Shown: piece after piece, positions 49,104 through 59,040 of the stretch
Numbering within the stretch: position 1 is the first letter of the stretch
How the letters are laid out: every line of letters begins with the position of its first letter
Assembly (NCBI GenBank): GCA_963996595.1
Contig: CAXEHU010000097.1
Location: forward strand, 35,593-99,592
Reading direction: 5' to 3'
DNA length: 64,000 nt
Origin: an uncultured Curvibacter sp.
GTDB taxonomy: Bacteria > Pseudomonadota > Gammaproteobacteria > Burkholderiales > Burkholderiaceae_C
Translations under genes and position numbers: made by a program
The notes under the pieces: model-generated
What the model was told of the DNA's origin: nothing
Database searches by the model: none
Seen by the model: the letters and a program-made list of their open reading frames with translations, nothing else

Positions 49104-50087
49104 TCAGATGCCTTCGGGCTTGATCTGCGCGCGGTCGATCACGGGCTTCCAGCGCGCCTGCTCCTGGCGGATGAAGGCCGCGAACTCCTCGCGGCTGTTG
49201 CCCACGGCCAGTGCCGACTCCTGGCTCAGGCGTTCCCCCACTGAAGAGCCGCGCGCAGCCTTCACCGCCACCTGCTCCAGCTTGTCCACATGCGCCTTGG
49301 GCAAGCTGCTCGGCGCCAGCAGGCCATACCACTGCGTCATTTCGAAGCCCTTGTAGCCCTGCTCGGCCACGGTGGGCACATCGGGCAGTTGCGGCAGGCG
49401 CGCGGCGGAACCGGTGGCGATGCAGCGCAGGCGGCCGGCCTTGATGAACTGCAGCAGCGCTGGCGCGCCGACCGAGGCGGCCTGCAGGCGGCCGGCCATC
49501 AGATCCGTGAGCATGGGGCCGGTGCCGCGGTAAGGCACATGGACCATGAAGGTCTGGCTGCTCATCTTGAGGTACTCGAAGGCCAGGTGGCCGGCGCTGC
49601 CGTTACCCGCCGAGCCATAGTTGAGCTGGCCGGGCCGCGCCTTGACGTAGGCGACGAATTCCTTGAGGTTCTTGACCGGCAGGTCCGGGTGCACCACGTA
49701 CAGGCTGGGCACCTTGGAGATCAGGGTGATGGGGGTGAAGTCCTTGATCGGGTCGTAGGGCAGCTTGGGAAAGATGAAGGGGTTGACCGCCAACGTGCCG
49801 ATGTGGCCGAGGATGAGGGTGTGTTCGTCCTTCGCATTCGCCACCTCCTGCATGGCGATGTTGCCGGCGGCGCCCGGCTTGTTTTCCACATAGACGTTCT
49901 GCCCGATGGTCGTGGCCATCTCGCCCGCGATGGCGCGTGCCACGATCTCGGAGCTGCCGCCGGGGGCGAAGGGCACGATCAGGCGCAGGGGCTTGGACGG
50001 CCAGGTGTTGGCCCAGGCCGACAGACCGGTGGCCAGACCGGCCAACAGCAGGGTACGGCGGTCCAGGGTGGAGAGGGTGTTGGGCAT
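49104..50087 (-). CDS. Bug-family (TctC-like) substrate-binding protein with a Tat-like signal
   Basis: [14 protein letters not shown] followed by [19 protein letters not shown]. Start trimmed to the ATG at 50087. Confidence 0.88.
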   Translation of the reverse strand: MPNTLSTLDRRTLLLAGLATGLSAWANTWPSKPLRLIVPFAPGGSSEIVARAIAGEMATTIGQNVYVENKPGAAGNIAMQEVANAKDEHTLILGHIGTLAVNPFIFPKLPYDPIKDFTPITLISKVPSLYVVHPDLPVKNLKEFVAYVKARPGQLNYGSAGNGSAGHLAFEYLKMSSQTFMVHVPYRGTGPMLTDLMAGRLQAASVGAPALLQFIKAGRLRCIATGSAARLPQLPDVPTVAEQGYKGFEMTQWYGLLAPSSLPKAHVDKLEQVAVKAARGSSVGERLSQESALAVGNSREEFAAFIRQEQARWKPVIDRAQIKPEGI

Positions 50088-50283
50088 GGCAGTCCTTCCG
50101 GCAGTGTGATGTTCTGCCGATTTTGCGCCGGCCGCAGCACGACGCCAGGCCCGCGAACCCTGGGGCAAACCCGGGGACGGGACGGTGTGTCAGGTTTTTT
50201 CTGACACGAGAAACCGGCGGATGCCGATTCAAGTTGGCCGACACGGGGCCTACAGTGATTTCACCACATCGCATGCTGGTGTG

Positions 50284-50511
50284 ATGCAAGGAAAACCTGT
50301 GAGAACCAACCCTATTTCGCTCAACCCTTTCAGCCTGATGATGGAGCCCGAGACCGTGCTCCAGGCCATGGAGCGCTCCACCTCGCTGCGCTCGCTGCGC
50401 CGCCATCAGCTGCGCCCGCTGGACAAGCCGCTGATCCCCTACGCGGTCGATCCGGCCACCGATGCCGGGGACGAGGAAGAGACCCTGCCGGGCGAGCTGT
50501 CGAGCCACTGA
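50284..50511 (+). CDS. Small hypothetical protein (57-75 aa, start uncertain)
   Basis: Nearly every codon from 50320 onward ends in G/C, as in genuine genes here. The stop is 37 nt before the next gene. I see no recognisable motif and no clear RBS. Confidence 0.5.
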   Translation: MQGKPVRTNPISLNPFSLMMEPETVLQAMERSTSLRSLRRHQLRPLDKPLIPYAVDPATDAGDEEETLPGELSSH

Positions 50512-50548
50512 GAGACCGCAGTGCGCCGACGCTGTTAGCATCGGACGC

Positions 50549-51607
50549 ATGAACTTCTGGCCCTCCTGCGGCTACGAACGCCTGCAGCCCACGGCCGAGG
50601 GCCGGCTGGCGCTCACGCCCGATTACCTGCGTCTGGTCCTGGCGCGCCCCGAGCTGGCGCTCGTGCCCGAATCCTGCCCGGCAGAACGTCGTCTGCACCG
50701 GGCCCTGCACGACGATCCCCTGCATGCCGTCGACGCCGCGACGCTCGCGCGCATCCGCGACGCCGATGCACGCGAGAACTACACCCACTTCCTGAACTGG
50801 CGCGACGCGCTGCGCCAGGCCGGCACGCTGGAGGCCTGGTACCTGCAGCTCATGCGCAGCGGGCGCATCACCATCCCCCCGCTCTTCATCGACCTCGTGG
50901 TGCAGGCGGTGCTGCGCCATCTGCTGCGCGACACCGAAGACATGCTGGCGCTGCGCGCGGCCGAGCTCTTCTTCCGCCCGCAACGCATCGCCGTGCAGGA
51001 CGGGCAGGTGCTGGCCGGCGACCAGGCCGTGGTGGACCAGCACAGCCAGGACGCCGGCCTGGGCGCGCTGGGCCGCCTCTTGTTGGAGAACAAGACCGCG
51101 CTGCGCACCGCCGAACTGGCCGTGCTCGACGCCAGCAAGCCGGCGTCTTACCTGGAACGCAGCGAAAACCACCGCAGCCTGCTGGACCTGACGCATGAAG
51201 TCACGCAGGACCTGAGCCACGGCCTGACCCTGCGCATGACGCGCGCGCGCAGCGGCCTCAAGGCGCTGGCCCATGTGCTGGAACTCTGGGTGCGGCACTT
51301 CCTGGCGGTGGACGTGAAGATCGAGCCGCTGGCGCGCGTGGACGACGCGGCCTGGCGCTGGCACATCGGGCTGGACAGCGAGGCCACGGCCATCCTCAAC
51401 GATCTCTACGAGGGCGCTGAGGTGGACGCGGCGCGCATGCAGCGCCTGATCAGCCTGTTCCGCCTGACGTTTGCCGACACGGCCCTGGTGCAGCCGGACA
51501 TGGTGGGCAAGCCGGTGTACCTGGGCCTGGCCATGAATCCGCAAGGCCTGCTGCGGCTCAAGCCGCAAAATCTGCTGCTCAATCTGCCGCTGGCCGCGGC
51601 GTCCTGA
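50549..51607 (+). CDS. Conserved hypothetical protein
   Basis: 352 aa from the ATG at 50549 (MNFWPSCGYERLQP...). Strong GC3 bias and no motif I can name. Convergent with icmF. Confidence 0.7.
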   Translation: MNFWPSCGYERLQPTAEGRLALTPDYLRLVLARPELALVPESCPAERRLHRALHDDPLHAVDAATLARIRDADARENYTHFLNWRDALRQAGTLEAWYLQLMRSGRITIPPLFIDLVVQAVLRHLLRDTEDMLALRAAELFFRPQRIAVQDGQVLAGDQAVVDQHSQDAGLGALGRLLLENKTALRTAELAVLDASKPASYLERSENHRSLLDLTHEVTQDLSHGLTLRMTRARSGLKALAHVLELWVRHFLAVDVKIEPLARVDDAAWRWHIGLDSEATAILNDLYEGAEVDAARMQRLISLFRLTFADTALVQPDMVGKPVYLGLAMNPQGLLRLKPQNLLLNLPLAAAS

Positions 51608-51617
51608 GCACGCCGGG

Positions 51618-54600
51618 CTACATATTGCGGCGGTACTGCCCGCCGACCTCGAACAGCGCCGTGGTGATCTGCCCCAGGGAGCAGACCTGCACGGCGTCCA
51701 TCAGCACCTCGAAGACGTTGCGGTTCTCGATCACGGCCTGCTGCAAGCGCTTGAGCATGGCCGGTGCCTGGTCGGCATGGCGCGCATGGAAGTCGCGCAG
51801 GCGCTGCAGCTGGCTCTGCTTTTCCTCTTCGGTGGAACGCGCGAGCTCGAGCTTCTCGGGGATCACGTCCCCATGCGGATTGCGGAAGGTGTTGACGCCG
51901 ATGATGGGCAGCTCGCCGGTGTGCTTGAGCATCTCGTAGTGCATGCTCTCGTCCTGGATCTTGCCGCGCTGGTAGCCGGTCTCCATGGCGCCGAGCACGC
52001 CGCCGCGTTCGGCGATGCGCTCGAACTCGGCCAGCACGGCCTCTTCCACCAGCTCGGTGAGCTCTTCGATGATGAAGGCGCCCTGGTTGGGGTTCTCGTT
52101 CTTGGCCAGCCCCCACTCACGGTTGATGATGAGCTGGATGGCCATGGCCCGGCGCACCGAATCTTCGGTGGGCGTGGTGATGGCCTCGTCGAAGGCATTG
52201 GTGTGCAGGCTGTTGCAGTTGTCGTAGATGGCGATGAGCGCCTGCAACGTGGTGCGGATGTCGTTGAACTGGATCTCCTGCGCGTGCAGGCTGCGACCGC
52301 TGGTCTGGATGTGGTATTTCAACTTCTGCGACCGTTCGTTGGCACCGTACTTCTCCTTCATGGCCACGGCCCAGATGCGGCGGGCCACGCGGCCCATCAC
52401 GGTGTATTCCGGGTCCATGCCGTTGCTGAAGAAGAAGCTCAGGTTGGGCGCGAAGTCGTCGATGTGCATGCCGCGCGCCAGATAGGCCTCGACCAGCGTG
52501 AAGCCGTTGGACAGCGTGAAGGCCAGCTGGCTGATGGGATTGGCCCCGGCTTCGGCGATGTGGTAGCCCGAGATGGAGACCGAGTAGAAGTTGCGCACCT
52601 GGTTGTGCACGAAGTACTCGGCGATGTCACCCATGACCTTGAGCGAGAACTCGGTGGAGAAGATGCAGGTGTTCTGGCCCTGGTCTTCCTTGAGGATGTC
52701 GGCCTGCACGGTGCCGCGCACGTTCTCCAGCACCCAGGCGCGGATCTTGGCGGCCTCGGTGTCCGTCGGCTCGCGGCCGTTGTCGGCCTTGAACTTCTCC
52801 AGGTTCTGGGCGATGGCCGTGTTCATGAACATGGCCAGGATGGTAGGCGCCGGGCCGTTGATGGTCATGCTGACCGAGGTGGCCGGGTTGCAGAGGTCGA
52901 AGCCGCTGTAGAGCACCTTCATGTCGTCCAGCGTGGCGATGCTCACGCCCGAGTTGCCGACCTTGCCGTAGATGTCGGGCCGCGGATCGGGGTCGTTGCC
53001 GTAGAGCGTGACGGAGTCGAAGGCCGTGGACAGGCGCTTGGCCGGCATGCCTTCGGACAGCAGCTTGAAGCGCTTGTTGGTGCGGAAGGGATCGCCCTCA
53101 CCCGCGAACATGCGTGTGGGGTCCTCGTTCTCGCGCTTGAAGGCGAAGGTGCCGGCGGTGTAGGGATAGCTGCCGGGCACGTTGTCCAGCATCAGCCACT
53201 GGAGGATCTCGCCGTGGTCCTCGTACCTGGGCAGCGCCACCTTGCGGATGGTGGTGCCGGACAGGCTCTTGACGGTGAGCGCGGTGCGGATCTCCTTGTC
53301 GCGGATCTTCACCACGTACTCGTCGCCGGCATAGGCCTGTTGCATCTGCGGCCACTGGGCCAGCAGCTTGCGGGCGTCGGCGTCCATCTGCAGCTCGCGT
53401 GACTGGGCCAGGTCGATCGCGGCCTCGGCAGCCTTGGGGCGGTCCGGCTTGTCCACGCTGAGCATGCGCGCGGCCTCGCGCAGCTGCTGGATCTCGCGCG
53501 CCAGCCGGGCCTGCGCGCGCGCACGCCGCTTGTAGCCGCGCACGGTGTCGCTGATCTCGGCCAGGTAGCGCGTGCGCTGGGCGGGCACGATGGGCGTCTG
53601 GTTGCTGCTGTGGCGCACGTCGACCCGGGGCAAGCGCCCGTCTATGAGCTTCAGGCCCAGGGCCTGCAGGCGGGCCTTGAGCGCCTGGTAGAGCGCGGTC
53701 ACGCCGTCGTCGTTGAAGCGCGCCGCCATGGTGCCGAAGACCGGCATGGTCTCGGGCGACACGTTGAAGGCTGCGCGGTTGCGCTGCACCTGCTTGGCCA
53801 CGTCGCGCAGTGCATCGGCCGCGCCCTTGCGGTCGAACTTGTTGATCGCCACGAACTCGGCAAAGTCGAGCATGTCGATCTTCTCGAGCTGGCTGGCGGC
53901 GCCGAACTCGGGCGTCATCACGTAGAGCGGCACATCCACATGCGGCACGATGGCCGCATCGCCCTGGCCGATGCCCGAGGTCTCGACGATGACCAGATCG
54001 AAGCCCGCGCATTTGCAGGCGGCCACCACATCGGGCAGCGCGGCACTGATCTCGCTGCCGGCTTCGCGTGTGGCCAGCGAGCGCATGTAGACGCGCGAGC
54101 CCTGGCGCCAGGGCGAAATGGCATTCATGCGGATGCGGTCGCCGAGCAGCGCGCCGCCACTCTTGCGGCGCGAGGGATCGATGCTGATCACGGCCACGCG
54201 CAGCGCGTCATCCTGGTCCAGGCGCAGACGGCGGATGAGTTCATCGGTCAGGCTGGACTTGCCGGCGCCGCCCGTGCCCGTGATGCCCAGCACGGGCACC
54301 TTGCAGGCCGCGGCCTGGGCCCGCAAGGCCGCCAGGCGATCGGCGCCCAAGGCGCCGTTCTCCACCGCGGTGATGAGCTGCGCCAGCGCCCGCCAGGCCA
54401 GTTCGCCATGGCCGGCCAGGTCCGAGAGCTCCCGTGGCGCGTGCGCGCTCAGGTCCCGGTCACAGCGCATGACCATCTCGCCGATCATGCCCTGCAGGCC
54501 CATGCGCTGCCCGTCCTCGGGGCTGTAGATGCGCGTGACGCCGTAGTCCTGCAGCTCACGGATCTCGGCCGGCACGATGACGCCGCCGCCGCCGCCGAAG

Positions 54601-54911
54601 ACCTGGATGTGCTGCCCGCCACGCTGACGCAGCAGATCGACCATGTACTTGAAGTACTCGACATGCCCGCCCTGGTAGGAGCTGATGGCGATGCCCTGCA
54701 CGTCTTCCTGCAGCGCCGCGGTGACGACCTCGTCCACGCTGCGGTTGTGCCCGAGGTGGATGACCTCGGCGCCCATGCCCTGCAGGATGCGGCGCATGAT
54801 GTTGATGGCCGCGTCGTGCCCGTCGAAAAGACTGGCGGCCGTGACGAAACGCACCTTGTGCTTGGGACGGTAGTTGGCCAGGGCCTGGTAGTCGGCGGAG
54901 AGCTGGGTCAT
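51618..54911 (-). CDS. icmF: Fused isobutyryl-CoA mutase IcmF (B12-binding domain, MeaB-like GTPase, mutase barrel)
   Basis: 1097 aa. It has an N-terminal B12-binding domain ([11 protein letters not shown]), a P-loop [12 protein letters not shown], and a C-terminal methylmalonyl/isobutyryl-CoA mutase-like substrate domain. Confidence 0.93.
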   Translation of the reverse strand: MTQLSADYQALANYRPKHKVRFVTAASLFDGHDAAINIMRRILQGMGAEVIHLGHNRSVDEVVTAALQEDVQGIAISSYQGGHVEYFKYMVDLLRQRGGQHIQVFGGGGGVIVPAEIRELQDYGVTRIYSPEDGQRMGLQGMIGEMVMRCDRDLSAHAPRELSDLAGHGELAWRALAQLITAVENGALGADRLAALRAQAAACKVPVLGITGTGGAGKSSLTDELIRRLRLDQDDALRVAVISIDPSRRKSGGALLGDRIRMNAISPWRQGSRVYMRSLATREAGSEISAALPDVVAACKCAGFDLVIVETSGIGQGDAAIVPHVDVPLYVMTPEFGAASQLEKIDMLDFAEFVAINKFDRKGAADALRDVAKQVQRNRAAFNVSPETMPVFGTMAARFNDDGVTALYQALKARLQALGLKLIDGRLPRVDVRHSSNQTPIVPAQRTRYLAEISDTVRGYKRRARAQARLAREIQQLREAARMLSVDKPDRPKAAEAAIDLAQSRELQMDADARKLLAQWPQMQQAYAGDEYVVKIRDKEIRTALTVKSLSGTTIRKVALPRYEDHGEILQWLMLDNVPGSYPYTAGTFAFKRENEDPTRMFAGEGDPFRTNKRFKLLSEGMPAKRLSTAFDSVTLYGNDPDPRPDIYGKVGNSGVSIATLDDMKVLYSGFDLCNPATSVSMTINGPAPTILAMFMNTAIAQNLEKFKADNGREPTDTEAAKIRAWVLENVRGTVQADILKEDQGQNTCIFSTEFSLKVMGDIAEYFVHNQVRNFYSVSISGYHIAEAGANPISQLAFTLSNGFTLVEAYLARGMHIDDFAPNLSFFFSNGMDPEYTVMGRVARRIWAVAMKEKYGANERSQKLKYHIQTSGRSLHAQEIQFNDIRTTLQALIAIYDNCNSLHTNAFDEAITTPTEDSVRRAMAIQLIINREWGLAKNENPNQGAFIIEELTELVEEAVLAEFERIAERGGVLGAMETGYQRGKIQDESMHYEMLKHTGELPIIGVNTFRNPHGDVIPEKLELARSTEEEKQSQLQRLRDFHARHADQAPAMLKRLQQAVIENRNVFEVLMDAVQVCSLGQITTALFEVGGQYRRNM

Positions 54912-54922
54912 GCGCGGGCTCG

Positions 54923-54948
54923 ATTGACGTTTACGTAAACGTCAATCT
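54923..54948. promoter_or_regulatory. 26-bp perfect palindrome immediately upstream of icmF (candidate operator)
   Basis: GATTGACGTTTAC|GTAAACGTCAATC lies 12-37 nt upstream of the icmF ATG (54911). It contains TTGACG. Confidence 0.6.
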
Positions 54949-54971
54949 TAGCCCTTTCGCCCGTTTCGACC

Positions 54972-55005
54972 AAGAAAAAGGGGCGCTTGCGCGCCCCTTG
55001 TTTTC
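54972..55005 (-). terminator. Rho-independent terminator after the TRAP large permease gene
   Basis: The minus strand reads GGGGCGC-gcaa-GCGCCCC followed by TTTTTCTT. The plus strand also has a T-run, so it may act in both directions. Confidence 0.8.
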
Positions 55006-55028
55006 CCTGCCCGCAAGCAGATGGCTGA

Positions 55029-56936
55029 TTACTTGTACAGGACCTCGGGCAGCCACATGCCGATGCCGGGGAAGTTGTACAGCAGGATGATGGCCAGCAC
55101 CTGGATGCCCATGAAAGGCAGCATGCCGGCGAAGATCTGGTTCAGCGTCACGTGCGGCGGGCTCACCCCCTTGAGGTAGAAGGCGGCCATGGCCACCGGC
55201 GGCGACAGGAAGGCCGTCTGCAGGTTCAGCGCGACGAGCAGGCCGAAGAACAGCGGATCGACGCCAAAGTTGTCCAGCAGCGGGATGAAGATGGGCATGA
55301 AGATCACGATGATCTCGGTCCACTCCAGCGGCCAGCCCAGGATGAAGATGATGACCTGGCTCAGCACCAGGAACTGGGTCTTGGTCAGGTTCATCGACAT
55401 GACCCAGTTCTCCACCAGCTCCTGGCCACCCAGCAGGGCGAAAGCCGCCGAGAAGATGGCCGAGCCGACGAAGAGCCAGCACACCATGGCCGAGGTCTTG
55501 GCGGTGAGGAACACGCTTTCCTTCACCACAGTCAGGGTCAGCTGCTTGTAGGCCGCGGCCAGCAGGAAGCCACCCAGTGCGCCCACGGCAGCGGCCTCGG
55601 TGGGCGTCGCCAGACCCATCACGATGGAGCCCAGCACCGCCAGGATCAGCACCAGCAAGGGGAAGAAGCTGGTCAGCAGCATCTTGAAGACTTCCAGCCG
55701 GGTGAAGCTCAGGAGGGCGTAGTACACGACCAGGGCCAGGGCGCCCACCGCGAGACCGATCCAGAAGCTCAGCGGCGCGGGCTTGCTGGTCGGCGCGTCG
55801 GCCGCCGCCGCGACGGCGGCGGTCGGCTCAGCCACGTTGGAGGCACTGGCTTCCTCGGCCTTCTCCTGTTCCGCGCCCGGGGGCTCCTGCAGACCGGAGG
55901 CACTGGTTTCTTCCTCTTCACCGCCAGGGGGTTCGGCCAGACCGCTGTCGGTCGTGGTCTCGACCTCCATGGCCGGGATTTCATCGACCGGCGGCACCGA
56001 GGTCACGCTGGCGTAGCTGGCCAGCGCCACGAAGACGAAGAGGATCAGGGGCAGGAGCACGACGCCGAGCTGCTTGAGCAGGTAGCCGGTTGGCACTTCG
56101 GCGTTGCGCTGGCCCTTGAGTGCCTTGAGCAGCGTGGGCAGGGCGCGCGCGCCGTGCGAGGGCGCCACCTTTTCCAGCAGGGGCGGCAGAGGCACATAGC
56201 GCTCGGCCTCCGGCAGCGGGGGCGCCATCGAAGGCTTGAGCTTGGCGAGAATGATGACGTAGCCGATGTACAGGCCGGCCAGCATCAAGCCGGGGAAGAA
56301 AGCACCGGCGTACAGCTGCACGACGGACACGCCAGCGGTGGCACCGTAGACGATCAGCATCACCGAAGGCGGGATCAGGATGCCCAAACAGCCTCCGGCG
56401 GTGATGGCACCCGCCGACATCTTGACGTCATAGCCCGCGCGCAGCATCTGCGGCAAGGCCAGCAGGCCCATGAGCGTGACCACGGCGCCGACGATGCCGG
56501 TCGCGGTAGCAAACACCGCGCAGGTCACGAGCGTGGCCACGGCCAGCGCGCCCGGCAGGCGCACCAGGGCCAGGTGCAGGCTCTTGAAGAGCTTTTCGAT
56601 CAGGTTGGCGCGCTCGACCAGATAGCCCATGAACACGAAGAGCGGGATCGAGATCAGCACGTCGTTGCTCATGACCTTGAAGGCCGAGGCGACCATGAGG
56701 TCCAGCGTCTTCTGCGTGTTTTCCTCGTAGGCGATCCAGGTGAAGATCATGCCCATGCCCATCAGGGTGAAGGCGGTGGGGAAGCCCAGCATGATGGCCA
56801 CGACGACCAGCGAGAGCATGAGCAGGCCGATGTGGCCGTTGGTGATCTTGTCGGCACCGACCAGCATGGCGATCGCGGCCAGGATGATCAGCCCCATGAG
56901 GCTGAAGCCGAACCAGAGTTCTTTACGGATTTTCAT
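55029..56936 (-). CDS. TRAP transporter large permease (DctM family) with a large internal insertion
   Basis: 635 aa. DctM-like TM segments flank an insertion of about 150 aa (residues ~236-395) that includes an acidic Pro/Glu/Ala-rich stretch. Confidence 0.88.
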   Translation of the reverse strand: MKIRKELWFGFSLMGLIILAAIAMLVGADKITNGHIGLLMLSLVVVAIMLGFPTAFTLMGMGMIFTWIAYEENTQKTLDLMVASAFKVMSNDVLISIPLFVFMGYLVERANLIEKLFKSLHLALVRLPGALAVATLVTCAVFATATGIVGAVVTLMGLLALPQMLRAGYDVKMSAGAITAGGCLGILIPPSVMLIVYGATAGVSVVQLYAGAFFPGLMLAGLYIGYVIILAKLKPSMAPPLPEAERYVPLPPLLEKVAPSHGARALPTLLKALKGQRNAEVPTGYLLKQLGVVLLPLILFVFVALASYASVTSVPPVDEIPAMEVETTTDSGLAEPPGGEEEETSASGLQEPPGAEQEKAEEASASNVAEPTAAVAAAADAPTSKPAPLSFWIGLAVGALALVVYYALLSFTRLEVFKMLLTSFFPLLVLILAVLGSIVMGLATPTEAAAVGALGGFLLAAAYKQLTLTVVKESVFLTAKTSAMVCWLFVGSAIFSAAFALLGGQELVENWVMSMNLTKTQFLVLSQVIIFILGWPLEWTEIIVIFMPIFIPLLDNFGVDPLFFGLLVALNLQTAFLSPPVAMAAFYLKGVSPPHVTLNQIFAGMLPFMGIQVLAIILLYNFPGIGMWLPEVLYK

Positions 56937-57553
56937 TTGTGGGCGCCTTCCTTGGCGACGTACTTGTCCAGCGCCTGGATGTCTTCGTCTTTCACGTGCA
57001 CCATTTCCTTGAGTTTCTCGACGTCCACTTCTTCCACGTCCTCCTCACGCGACGGCCACTCGCCGTCACGGATGCAGTAGATGCAGCGGATGATCTCGAC
57101 GATGCCCTGCAGCAGCAGGATGCCCCCCGAGAGGGGAATGATGAACTTGAAGGGGTAGATCGGCAGGGGCTCGGCCGAGAAGGTCTGTTCCCGGATCGCC
57201 AGCGCCTCGCCGAAATAGACCCAGCCAGCCCAGGTCAGAGCCGTGATGCCGGGCAGGAAGAAGACGAAATAGAGGATGAGGTCGATGGTGGCCTGGGTGC
57301 GCGGCTTGAAAAAGCCGTAAAGCACGTCGCCACGCACATGGCCGTTCTTGGCCAGCGTGTAGGCACCAGCCGTCATGAACAGCGTGCCGTACATCATGAT
57401 CTGGAAGTCCAGCATCCAGGCATGGGGTTTGTTCAGCACGTAGCGCGAGAACACTTCCCAGCTGATCATGAAGGTGAGGATGAGGGCGGTCCAGGCGAAG
57501 ATCTTGCCTATCCAGGTGGACAGGCGATCGACGTTGAGCAGGAAGTTCTGCAT
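56933..57553 (-). CDS. TRAP transporter small permease (DctQ family)
   Basis: 206 aa with four predicted TM segments. Overlaps the DctM start by 4 nt. Confidence 0.85.
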   Translation of the reverse strand: MQNFLLNVDRLSTWIGKIFAWTALILTFMISWEVFSRYVLNKPHAWMLDFQIMMYGTLFMTAGAYTLAKNGHVRGDVLYGFFKPRTQATIDLILYFVFFLPGITALTWAGWVYFGEALAIREQTFSAEPLPIYPFKFIIPLSGGILLLQGIVEIIRCIYCIRDGEWPSREEDVEEVDVEKLKEMVHVKDEDIQALDKYVAKEGAHK

Positions 57554-57662
57554 GGGGGTCCTAGCAGTCAGTTAAAAGTCAGGTGGGCTGAATAAGGAGA
57601 GGGCGCCGTGGCTTGCACCACAGCGCCCTCCCAGGCAGAACGGATTTTATCCGTTCAGGCCA

Positions 57663-58787
57663 TCAGCTCTTCGTGGCCGGCTGCTTCTTGGCGAAGTAGT
57701 GGTTGGCGGCCATCTTGAAGTCCACCGTGTAGTCGTTCCACCAGGCGGTGGTGCGCTCGGCATAGGCACGCTGGGAATCGATCACCTTCTTGAACAGCGG
57801 GTTCTCGGCGCCCTTCTTGGCCATGATCTTGTCCCAGGAGGCCAGCTGGGCCTGGAGCACGGAGTTCGGGGTCTTGTAGAACTTGACGCCCTGCTTCTTG
57901 AGCTCGATGTAGTCGGCCGAGTTGCGCTCGATGGCCTTCCAGCTCATGTCGGCGCTGGCAGCCTGCACGGCGTAGTCGATCACGGCCTTGAGCTCGGCCG
58001 GCAGTGCGTTGACCTTGCTCTTGTTGAACAGGATCTCGAACTGCTCGCCGGACTGGTGGAAGGACTGCAGCATGCAGTTCTTCACCACATCGGGGAAGCC
58101 CAGCAGGCGGTCGGACGAAGCGTTGTTGAACTCGGCGCCGTCGATCAGGCCGCGGTCCAGGGCGGGCACGATCTCGCCGCCGGGCAGCGGGTTCACGGCT
58201 GCACCCATGTCGGTGTACATGTCGACCGCCAGGCCCACGGTACGGAACTTGGTGCCCTTGACGTCAGCGGCCTTGGTGATCGGCTTCTTGAACCAGCCGA
58301 AGGGCTGGGTGGGCATGGGGCCGTAGAGATAGGACACGACATCCATGTTGATGGACTTGTAGATCTCCTCCAGCAGGGCCTTGCCGCCGCCGTAGTAGTG
58401 CCAGGCCAGCAGCATGTTGGGGTCCATGCCGAAGGACGGACCGGAACCCCACAGGGCCAGGGCCGAGTTCTTGCCGTAGTGGTAGGCCACCACGCCGTGA
58501 CCGGCGTCGAGCGTACCCTTGTTCACGGCTTCAAGCAGCTGGAAGGCCGGCACCACGGAGCCCGCGGGCAGCACTTCGATCTTGAGCTTGCCCTCGGCCA
58601 TCTTGTTCACCTTGCTGGCGAAGTCCTGGGCGTACTCGTGGAAGATGTCCTTGGAGGGCCAGGTGCTCTGCAGACGCATGGTGGTGGCGGTCTGGGCGGT
58701 GGCCAGCATCGGGGCGGACACGGCGCCAGCGGCAACGGCAACGCCCTTGAGCAGGCTGCGGCGGTTCGGGGATTTGTTATCGGTCAC
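57663..58787 (-). CDS. TRAP transporter substrate-binding protein (DctP family) with a Tat-type signal
   Basis: NRRSLLKGVAVAAGAVSAPMLATA followed by a DctP-like sequence. The start is taken as the GTG at 58787, with GGAG 6 nt upstream; the ATG at 58853 is the alternative. Confidence 0.85.
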   Translation of the reverse strand: MTDNKSPNRRSLLKGVAVAAGAVSAPMLATAQTATTMRLQSTWPSKDIFHEYAQDFASKVNKMAEGKLKIEVLPAGSVVPAFQLLEAVNKGTLDAGHGVVAYHYGKNSALALWGSGPSFGMDPNMLLAWHYYGGGKALLEEIYKSINMDVVSYLYGPMPTQPFGWFKKPITKAADVKGTKFRTVGLAVDMYTDMGAAVNPLPGGEIVPALDRGLIDGAEFNNASSDRLLGFPDVVKNCMLQSFHQSGEQFEILFNKSKVNALPAELKAVIDYAVQAASADMSWKAIERNSADYIELKKQGVKFYKTPNSVLQAQLASWDKIMAKKGAENPLFKKVIDSQRAYAERTTAWWNDYTVDFKMAANHYFAKKQPATKS

Positions 58788-58886
58788 GGTGATCTCCGGT
58801 TGTGAACAAGACAGCGTGGCAGACGCGTGTTTTTTCTGCCATCGGGCACGCATTCTGCGCCTGAGCGGGCATACGCATTCCTAGGG

Positions 58887-58931
58887 GTTTTCACCAGTTT
58901 TTCACTCACAGGCCTCGAAACAGTTTTCACC
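58887..58931 (+). repeat. Three direct copies of GTTTT(T)CAC in the TRAP/FAH divergent intergenic region
   Basis: GTTTTCACC at 58887, GTTTTTCAC at 58897 and GTTTTCACC at 58923. Confidence 0.5.
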
Positions 58932-59040
58932 CTGCTGCTTTACCTCGTCCAATACGGACCAATGACGAATAGCCCTACAAGCTCGTGCTAGAAATCGCCG
59001 TGTGCCGTTGCACATCACAAAACACAGAAGGAGACATCAC

